Positions 60,165 to 64,000 of a DNA stretch of 64,000 bases are shown here, piece by piece. The stretch lies in the IMG/VR virus record IMGVR_UViG_3300024274_000264; one strand, written 5' to 3'. Each line of letters starts with the position of its first letter. Positions within the stretch are counted from its first letter, which is position 1. The translations under genes and the position numbers were made by a program. This DNA is from a virus. The notes beneath the pieces are model-generated. The model had not been told where the DNA came from. It saw nothing but the letters and a program-made list of their open reading frames with translations, and did no database searches.

Positions 60165-62066
60165 ATGTCTTTTACATTACAACAATTATCAGAAGGTTTA
60201 GAACTTAATCCAAATCGCGGAATGGATGATCGCTTAGTTCAAAAATGGGAAGGTTACGGCCTCCTAGACGGTTTCACAAGCAAAGGTGCCAAACAAAAAA
60301 TGGCTCGCTTGCTCGAAAACCAAGCGGCTGAAATGATCCGTAACCCACAAGTCCTCATGGAAGCCAACGCGCTTTCATTAGGTGGAGCTGGTCTTGCTTC
60401 TAGCGGCCAAGTCGCTGGATTTATTTCCATTGCATTCCCAATCATTCGCAGACTTTTCGCTGGTCTAATTTCTAATGAATTAGTTTCAGTCCAACCAATG
60501 AGCCTTCCATCAGGACTCATCTTCTATATGGATTATTCATATGGTTCAAACGTCGGTGGAACAGCTGGCCTTAGCTTAAGCGATGCTGCAACAACCTCAA
60601 CATACAAAAAAGGACAATCAGTTTTCGGCTCACCATCTGGTGCCGATATCCGCGGTGGAATAAACGCAGCTGGTGGTATGTATGACAACGTTGGAACTGG
60701 ATTCTCGAAAGTTCACAAATCAGCAACAACTGTAGTTGTTCCAGATATCGGCGCATTCGGTGCGTCAGGTACAGCTTGGACAGCTTCTGATACAGTTGCA
60801 ACAGCAGCCGAAGTAACAGGTCTTAACGCTCGTTGGATCGACTACGATAGCAAAATCTCAACAGACGTTGAAAATGCGGCTCTTGACTACTGCTTCGCTT
60901 TCGTTTCTTCATCTGAAGTTCTTACAAAGATCCCAGGTGCTGATCTTAGAGCAGTTGATCAACTCGCGATTGTTGGTTTCTCAACAGCTAACGGTGTTGC
61001 GAACTGGGATTCAACTTACCAAGGTGGACAAGGAGTTAAAAACCTTCGTAAACTAAACCAACGTGGTAACTGGAACTACCTTACTTCTACATTCACACCA
61101 GATCACCTCAATGGTTCACACGTACTTTTCGTTATTGCTGTAAGCAATACAGGTGCGGTACCAGCGGGTCCAGTAACAATGTCAGCAGCGATTGCCGACT
61201 CACTTACTGTTAACACAGACGGAAGTGCCCTCACACTTTCTCCATTTGAATCTGATTTCGCGACACCTCCAACACCAGCGATTCCAGAAGTTGAAATTAA
61301 GATTGAATCAACAGCTGTTACAGCTCAATCTAGAAAACTTCGCGCTCGTTGGTCACCAGAAATGGCGCAAGACCTTTCTGCCTTCTACTCAATGGACGTA
61401 GAAGCTGAATTGACCAACATCATTTCTGAAATGGTCACACTCGAAATCGACCGCGAAATTCTTAACCAATTACTTCTTGAAGCGAAAGCCGCGAGATACT
61501 ACTGGTCAAGATCACCAGGTAAATTTGTTAACAAACAAACTGGTTCTGAAGTGTTACGCTCCGCTTCTCTCGCCGCTGGTCCAGCATTCACTGGTACAGT
61601 TCGCGAATGGTACGAAACACTCATCGAAACCATTATCGATGTTTCTAACGAAATTCACCGTAAAACCCTCCGCGGTTCAGGTAACTTTATCGTTTGTGGA
61701 CCAGACGTTAGCACAGTTCTTGAAGCTACACAAGGTTATAAAGCCAACTACAAAGTTGACGGAAATGGCCAAGTTTCGGATCAAATGAGTGTTGGTGCGG
61801 AATCAACTGGAACAATCGCTGGCCGCTTTACTGTGTACCGCGATCCATACTTCCCACGTAACAAAATCCTCATCGGTCTAAAAGGATCTGGATTCCTTGA
61901 ATCAGGATTCGTTTTCGCTCCATACATTCCATTGGTTCTCACACCAACAGTGTATGACACCGAACACTTTACACCACGTAGAGGATTAATGACCCGCAAC
62001 GGAATGAAAATGGTGAATTCTTCGTTCTTCGGGGTTGTAACCGTTCTCGATATGAACGTAATATAA
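60165..62066 (+). CDS. gp23: Major capsid protein (T4 gp23-like)
   Basis: LVQKW, ARLLENQ, VSVQPMSLPSGLIFY, SRKLRARWSPEMAQDL, LEIDREI, VYRDPYF, FAPYIPL, FTPRRGLMTR. GGAGA RBS and strong high-expression codon bias. Confidence 0.97.
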   Translation: MSFTLQQLSEGLELNPNRGMDDRLVQKWEGYGLLDGFTSKGAKQKMARLLENQAAEMIRNPQVLMEANALSLGGAGLASSGQVAGFISIAFPIIRRLFAGLISNELVSVQPMSLPSGLIFYMDYSYGSNVGGTAGLSLSDAATTSTYKKGQSVFGSPSGADIRGGINAAGGMYDNVGTGFSKVHKSATTVVVPDIGAFGASGTAWTASDTVATAAEVTGLNARWIDYDSKISTDVENAALDYCFAFVSSSEVLTKIPGADLRAVDQLAIVGFSTANGVANWDSTYQGGQGVKNLRKLNQRGNWNYLTSTFTPDHLNGSHVLFVIAVSNTGAVPAGPVTMSAAIADSLTVNTDGSALTLSPFESDFATPPTPAIPEVEIKIESTAVTAQSRKLRARWSPEMAQDLSAFYSMDVEAELTNIISEMVTLEIDREILNQLLLEAKAARYYWSRSPGKFVNKQTGSEVLRSASLAAGPAFTGTVREWYETLIETIIDVSNEIHRKTLRGSGNFIVCGPDVSTVLEATQGYKANYKVDGNGQVSDQMSVGAESTGTIAGRFTVYRDPYFPRNKILIGLKGSGFLESGFVFAPYIPLVLTPTVYDTEHFTPRRGLMTRNGMKMVNSSFFGVVTVLDMNVI

Positions 62067-62095
62067 GTTTTTCTCTGAAAAGAGGAGACTAAACC

Positions 62096-62128
62096 AAGGG
62101 CAGAAATAATTTCTGCCCTTTTTCTTTT
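62096..62128 (+). terminator. Rho-independent terminator after the capsid gene
   Basis: AAGGGCAGAAA-TAA-TTTCTGCCCTT perfect stem followed by TTTCTTTT. Preceded by a GAAA-tetraloop hairpin at 62067-62089. Confidence 0.92.
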
Positions 62129-62136
62129 GTGAAAAC

Positions 62137-62202
62137 CGCAGCTGAAACTAAACCAGTACTTAATCCTCAATAGATTTTCTGTTGTCTGGTTTATTCCCTG
62201 CG
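62137..62202 (+). promoter_or_regulatory. Long hairpin with embedded TACTTA motif upstream of the homing endonuclease
   Basis: Nested pairs CGCAG/CTGCG, TAAACCAG/CTGGTTTA and AATC/GATT. TACTTA at 62157-62162. Confidence 0.5.
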
Positions 62203-62221
62203 TTAGACTACCTGTAGTGCA

Positions 62222-64000
62222 ATGGAAAAAAATACCAAACAAAAAACCATATACAACATTTATAATATAGAAACAAAAGAAACCAAGGAAGTGTCTAATT
62301 GGAGAGGATGGGCAGCAGAGGAAGGAATCCCTACAAACTCTTTAACTTTGTTTAAAAGAATGGTAAATGATCCTCAAAGAACTTTTTATAAGAAATATAT
62401 TCTCAAAGACAACTCTTTTGAAGAAAGATTAAAACATGCAGGAAAAGTTAAACCTCCAACTCCAAGAACTCAAGAAGCAAGAAATGAAGCGAGTTTAAAC
62501 CAAAGAAAAGATTATTTGAAGAATAAAATCTTTGTAAATATTGACACAAAAGAAGAGTTTAATTCAAACGATATTTTAAACTTTAAAGAATTTGCCGAAA
62601 AACATAAATTAGATTCTGTTTCTTTTAAGCTAATGTTAAGAAATGGAGAAGAAGGTGGAAGAGTTATAAAAACTTGTGGCCCTTTTACTTTAAAGGAAAA
62701 TTTTAAAGAGACTAGTAAAACAGAATATAAACCTTTACTTCCGCCAAGTAATAAAGGATCAAAAATGAGCGAAGAAGCAAAGGCTAACATGTCTTTTTTA
62801 TCGAGGCAGAAAGAATGGAACAATCTTAAAGTTACTAATCTCACAACTGGTGTTTCTGTTTGTGTAAAGGATCATACAATTTACAAAGTAGCAGAAATTT
62901 TAAATATGAGTTATTCGACTCTAGTTTTCTTTTTAAATGAAAAATCGATGGAAAGAAATATTAAAGGAGTTTCGTTTAAAAAAGAATATATTGATACAAG
63001 TTTGGTTGAACCAATGGCAGAGTCGCAAGATGTTTCTATCATAAACATAGAAACAGAAGAAAAAATTACTTTAGTAACTAAAGAAGATAGAATTGCTTTT
63101 TGTAAAGCAAACAATGTTCAAGCCAAATCTTTAATTGACTTTATCGAATATAGAATTCTTATACTTGGAAAGAAGTTTATATTGGAATCAAAGTGGATCA
63201 AACAAAAAAAGGAAAAAGAAGAAATCGAGAAAAGAAAGCTTGCGGAGTTCGAAATTCAATTTTTTGATAAAAAGTTTTCTTTAAAAGATGCCTTTTTTAT
63301 TGATGCATTAAAATACGAAAATCTTAATTTAAAAAAAGGAATATATGCGTTTGTTCATATTCCAACCAAAAAATACTACATTGGAAGCACAAACTCATTT
63401 CTTGTTAGATGGAATAATCATATAACAGAATTAAAACTTACAAAACATGCAAATTCTCATCTTCAGAATTCTTGGCTAAAATACAAAGAAGATGAGTTTG
63501 CCTTTTTTATTCTTGAAGAAATACAAAAAGACGAAGATCTCTTAAAAGAAGAACAAAGGTATTTAGATAGATATGTAAAAAACACTAGCGGCGATATAAC
63601 TTTTAATTTGGCAGAGGTTGCAGGAGTACCTGATAGAAAGGCAATAATCTCTAAAGAGGTTAATCAAATTAATTTAGAAACAGGTGAAGTAATTCAAAGT
63701 TTTGAATCTCCAACAGAAGCAGCAAAAATACTTGGTAAATTTACAGCAGATGGAATTCCTCTTGCTTCAAACATTGTTTTAGTTTGTGAAGGAAAAGGAG
63801 CAAACGCATTTGGGTTTGGATGGGAATACAAGGATGAAGAATTGAAATCTTTATATCCAAAATTTGAACCAAAACAGAGAAAAGGATTAAAGAGAGTCCA
63901 GAAGATGGATTCGAATGGAAATGTACTAGAAACATATGCGAGTATTGCCGAGGCAGCATCCAAAGAGAAAATAAATTCTTCTTCAATTTCAATTGCTTGT
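62222..64000 (+). CDS. Free-standing GIY-YIG homing endonuclease with multiple NUMOD-like modules, 3'-truncated (absent from the ORF track)
   Basis: Hand translation from ATG 62222 is open to the window end. KGIYAFVHIPTKKYYIGST...RWNNH...HLQNSWLKY...EQRYLD from about 63338. NUMOD3-like KGSKMSEEAKANMS. NUMOD1-like FESPTEAAKILG and YASIAEAA. Confidence 0.9.
   Translation, partial: MEKNTKQKTIYNIYNIETKETKEVSNWRGWAAEEGIPTNSLTLFKRMVNDPQRTFYKKYILKDNSFEERLKHAGKVKPPTPRTQEARNEASLNQRKDYLKNKIFVNIDTKEEFNSNDILNFKEFAEKHKLDSVSFKLMLRNGEEGGRVIKTCGPFTLKENFKETSKTEYKPLLPPSNKGSKMSEEAKANMSFLSRQKEWNNLKVTNLTTGVSVCVKDHTIYKVAEILNMSYSTLVFFLNEKSMERNIKGVSFKKEYIDTSLVEPMAESQDVSIINIETEEKITLVTKEDRIAFCKANNVQAKSLIDFIEYRILILGKKFILESKWIKQKKEKEEIEKRKLAEFEIQFFDKKFSLKDAFFIDALKYENLNLKKGIYAFVHIPTKKYYIGSTNSFLVRWNNHITELKLTKHANSHLQNSWLKYKEDEFAFFILEEIQKDEDLLKEEQRYLDRYVKNTSGDITFNLAEVAGVPDRKAIISKEVNQINLETGEVIQSFESPTEAAKILGKFTADGIPLASNIVLVCEGKGANAFGFGWEYKDEELKSLYPKFEPKQRKGLKRVQKMDSNGNVLETYASIAEAASKEKINSSSISIAC

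Noticed and set aside
1-64000. Stop-codon reassignment, as in some large phages
   Set aside because: Long intact genes tile the window in the standard code. TGA ends several coupled genes and no conserved gene is broken by TAG or TGA.
62067-64000. Group I intron housing the GIY-YIG gene
   Set aside because: The capsid gene is complete and followed by a terminator, and no intron core elements were recognised in the 155-nt gap.
1-64000. tRNA genes, CRISPR arrays, rRNA
   Set aside because: None seen. Intergenic gaps are short and lack cloverleaf or repeat-spacer patterns.

Overview
This window is a gene-dense, AT-rich segment of a large tailed (myovirus-like, distantly T4-related) bacteriophage genome read in the standard genetic code. 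In order it holds: (1) the 3' part of a tape-measure-like gene; (2) a degenerate SDR/epimerase and two GT-B glycosyltransferases; (3) a sigma-factor-like gene; (4) a ~26 kb baseplate/tail module (gp5-like, gp25, gp6, LamG- and FN3-containing Ser-rich proteins); (5) a DNA-processing block (gp4/TnsA-like nuclease, RuvC-like resolvase, primase, fused Mre11-Rad50/SbcDC); (6) an ATPase-only terminase paralogue followed by the full large terminase; (7) a mostly reverse-strand cassette (three tandem paralogues, Dps, GroEL, GapR-like protein); (8) the head module (portal, prohead protease, scaffold, major capsid protein); (9) a GIY-YIG homing endonuclease missed by the ORF track that runs off the end. 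There are three inteins: in a glycosyltransferase, in the terminase, and a Pro1 class-3 intein in the GDG|TTT ATP-binding motif of GroEL. The most interesting unexplained signals are a promoter-headed, ~150-nt multi-hairpin antisense element at 35755-35932, a candidate virion-glycosylation system, the two-terminase arrangement, and a TANTTA late-promoter motif that also predicts an internal scaffold start and hairpin control of the endonuclease. All assignments come from reading motifs by eye; no database searches were run.
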